The notes below the pieces were generated by a model. It did not search any database. It was given only the letters and a program-made list of their open reading frames with translations, and had not been told where the DNA came from. A stretch of DNA of 61,687 nucleotides, filler included. It is 6 parts of 6 records of this genome, joined end to end, with 100 filler letters (N's around TTAATTAATTAA, not from the genome) between each part and the next. Parts side by side here need not be neighbours in the genome. Positions count along the whole stretch, not along the records: positions 56,090 to 61,687 come from SRR31156797_15006; 5 more parts are not named here. The stretch is one strand, 5' to 3'. Shown here one piece after another: positions 59,044 through 61,687 of this stretch. The position numbers were made by a program, and so were the translations under genes. The number at the start of each line of letters is the position of its first letter. The first letter of the stretch is position 1.

Positions 59044-61687
59044 ATGAGAAAAATAATATTATTAATACTGATTTTTACAATTTCACTAATTGCAAATGAA
59101 AAAGTAACTTTACAATTAAAGTGGTTTCATCAGTTTCAATTTGCAGGATATTATGCAGCAAAAGAAAAAGGTTTTTATGCTGATGTAGGACTTGATGTTG
59201 AAATTAAACAAAGAGATTTGAAATATAATAATATTCAACAAGTTATAGAAGGTAATGCTCAGTATGGAGTTGCGGATTCAGTATTATTTTTATATAAAAC
59301 AAAAAATGAACCTGTCGTTTTAGTTTCTCCTATATTTCAACATTCGCCAAGTGTATTATTGACTTTAAAAAGTAGTAATTTAAACTCTTTATATGACTTT
59401 GACAATAAAGATATGATTTTTTATGAAAATGATACGGATGGCTTTTCAATTTTAGCGATACTAAGAAAATTTGATTTGAAACCAAATCTTATAAGAAAAA
59501 GAGAAAATAAAGATTATTTAAAACTTATGAGAAAAGAGGTTGCAATTGCACCTGGATACCTGAGTAATGAACCTTTTTATTTTAAAGAGAAAAATATTGA
59601 TATAAATATAATAAATCCTTTAAATTATGGAGTTGATTTGTATGGAGATATGCTTTTTACAAATGAAGATGAAGCCAAAAATCATCCTTTAAGAGTAAAA
59701 AAGTTTAAAGAAGCAACAATAAAAGGTTGGGCTTATGCTTTAGAACATAAAGAAGAAATCATAAAATTGATTCAAGAAAAATACAATTCTGGTAAAAGCT
59801 ATGCTCACTTAAAATATGAAGCTAATGTTATAGATAGAATGATAAGTAAAGAAAGTATTCCTCTTGGTACAATTGATAGGGGACGAATTCAATATATTAA
59901 TAGTTTGTATAAAGAGTATGGATTAGCAAAAAATGTATTTGATGTAAAAGATTTTATTTTTGAAGATTATAATTATTCTTACTTAAATTTAAATCTAACA
60001 CTTGAAGAAAAAAATTTTTTAAAAACTCATCCTGTTTTAAAAGTGCAAAACCTATCTAGCTATCCACCTTTTAATTTCGTTGAAAATGGAATTGCAAAAG
60101 GTTATTCTGTTGATTATTTTAGATTAATCGGTAAGAATATGGGGGTAAATATTGAATTTGTAAATGATACTTGGGCAAACCATTTAAAGAATTTACAAAC
60201 TTCTAAAATAGACATTATTCCACATATTGCAATAAATGAAGAAAGAAAAAAGTTTGTAAATTATACTTCAATAAAACATATCAAGTATATACCTGCAATG
60301 GCACTTAGAAATGGTTCAAATATAAAAACAATTGAAGATTTATTTGGTAAAAAAGTTTCTGTATTAGATAAATCTTTTATATATACTATTCTAAAAAAAT
60401 ACTATAAACAAATTGAGGTTACTCCTGTATCAACTTATAACGAGTCTTTAGCTAATGTATCAAAAGGAATTTCTGATGCAGCCCTTGGAGATTTGGCAAT
60501 TATGGAATACTATATAAAAAATAATTGGTTAACAAACCTTCAAACGCTAAAGGTAGCTGATGATAAATATATCAAAAAAAGCACTTTGTATGTAGGTGTT
60601 GAAAAAAACAATAAAGTTTTAAAATCTTTATTGGAAAAAGTTGAAAATTCAATACCAAGTTATGAAATAATTAAATTGAGAAATAAATGGTTTGATTCAA
60701 AAAATGAAAATATAGATAGAATCTTATTTAATAAAAAAGAAATTGACTATTTAAAAAATAAAAGAGTATTAAATTTGTGTATCCATCCAAATTGGATGCC
60801 TATTGAAGCAATTAAAAAAGATGTAAATGTAGGAATTAGTTCAGAATATGTAAATATGTTTAAAACCTATTTACCTATTCCCATTAATTTGTTGAAAACA
60901 AAAGATTGGAATCAAACACTAAGTTTATTGGAAAAAGGGAAATGTGACTTTTCACCTTCTATGTTCACACATGTAAAAAATAAAAATTTACTGTTTACGA
61001 AACAGTATTATGATTTTCCTTTAGTTGTAGCAACAAAGGTTGATAAACCTTTTATTGAAAATCTTAATACTTTAAATGATAAAAAAATTGGTGTTTTAAA
61101 AAACTCATTTTATAAAACAGTACTTGAAGAAAAGTATCCTAAGATAGATTTTGTAGATATATTAAGTGCAAATGAAGGCTTAAGAAAAGTAAACAATGAC
61201 AAACTTTATGGAGTTGTGGACTTTCTACCTGTTTTGGGTTATGAGATACAACAAAACTATTTAGGTAATCTAAAAGTTACAGGACAAGTTCAAGGAGAAT
61301 GGGGTTTTTCTATTGGAACTAAATCTAAAGAACCAATTTTAAATGACATTTTTAATAAGTTAATAGCAACAACTTCAAGTGATGATAAAAGTCAAATAAT
61401 GCAAAAGTGGATATCAGTAAAATATCAGAAAAGTATTGATTATACTAAGCTTCTTTGGGTGATGTTCTTTTTTATTGTTGTTATATCAATAATCATTTAT
61501 AAAAACAAAACAATTAAAAAAGTTAATAAAGAGATTCAAAAAAATCTTGACTTGATTAATGAAAATGTAATCACATCTCAAACAGATAAAAAAGGAAACA
61601 TTGTAGATGTAAGTCAAGCTTTTTGTAATATCTCTGGATATTCAAAGCGGGAATTAGTAGGCAAACCTCATAGTATTGTAAGACATG
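59044..61687 (+). CDS. large periplasmic-sensor signalling protein (NMT1/THI5-like + two PBP domains + TM + PAS), runs off window
   Basis: Read by hand: GGAG RBS, MRKIILL...VTLQLKWFHQFQFAGYYAAKEKGFY, YPPFNF, WMPIE, a TM segment, then PAS GYSKRELVGKPHSIVRH. Absent from the ORF track because there is no stop in the window. Confidence 0.88.
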   Translation, partial: MRKIILLILIFTISLIANEKVTLQLKWFHQFQFAGYYAAKEKGFYADVGLDVEIKQRDLKYNNIQQVIEGNAQYGVADSVLFLYKTKNEPVVLVSPIFQHSPSVLLTLKSSNLNSLYDFDNKDMIFYENDTDGFSILAILRKFDLKPNLIRKRENKDYLKLMRKEVAIAPGYLSNEPFYFKEKNIDINIINPLNYGVDLYGDMLFTNEDEAKNHPLRVKKFKEATIKGWAYALEHKEEIIKLIQEKYNSGKSYAHLKYEANVIDRMISKESIPLGTIDRGRIQYINSLYKEYGLAKNVFDVKDFIFEDYNYSYLNLNLTLEEKNFLKTHPVLKVQNLSSYPPFNFVENGIAKGYSVDYFRLIGKNMGVNIEFVNDTWANHLKNLQTSKIDIIPHIAINEERKKFVNYTSIKHIKYIPAMALRNGSNIKTIEDLFGKKVSVLDKSFIYTILKKYYKQIEVTPVSTYNESLANVSKGISDAALGDLAIMEYYIKNNWLTNLQTLKVADDKYIKKSTLYVGVEKNNKVLKSLLEKVENSIPSYEIIKLRNKWFDSKNENIDRILFNKKEIDYLKNKRVLNLCIHPNWMPIEAIKKDVNVGISSEYVNMFKTYLPIPINLLKTKDWNQTLSLLEKGKCDFSPSMFTHVKNKNLLFTKQYYDFPLVVATKVDKPFIENLNTLNDKKIGVLKNSFYKTVLEEKYPKIDFVDILSANEGLRKVNNDKLYGVVDFLPVLGYEIQQNYLGNLKVTGQVQGEWGFSIGTKSKEPILNDIFNKLIATTSSDDKSQIMQKWISVKYQKSIDYTKLLWVMFFFIVVISIIIYKNKTIKKVNKEIQKNLDLINENVITSQTDKKGNIVDVSQAFCNISGYSKRELVGKPHSIVRH

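Overview
This window is not one genome. It is six contigs joined by five identical 100-nt artificial linkers (44 N + TTAATTAATTAA + 44 N). Taxonomic calls are inferred from gene content and motifs. Contigs 1 (1-7027), 5 (47845-55989) and 6 (56090-61687) are AT-rich and Arcobacteraceae/Campylobacterota-like. Contigs 2 (7128-28002) and 4 (34996-47744) are Bacteroidota-like (TAnnTTTG promoters, T9SS cargo, PG0541-family gene). Contig 3 (28103-34895) looks like a Methanosarcinaceae archaeon. Highlights: (1) a five-gene co-oriented cluster at 19677-27954 that I cannot assign to any named system: PP2C phosphatase, large membrane-anchored Ser/Thr kinase with an internal duplication, coiled-coil protein, Clp-like AAA+ ATPase with only one intact ATPase module, and an orphan NrdG-like radical SAM protein. 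(2) Contig 5 and the reverse complement of contig 1 overlap by 25 exact nt. Joining them rebuilds a Fur-boxed, biosynthesis-free yersiniabactin/pyochelin-type uptake operon that ends in mntP. (3) A C-terminal fragment resembling a pepsin-family protease in a bacterium. (4) Two apparently degenerate enzymes: a YgfK that has lost several Fe-S cysteines and a pirin that has lost its metal ligands.
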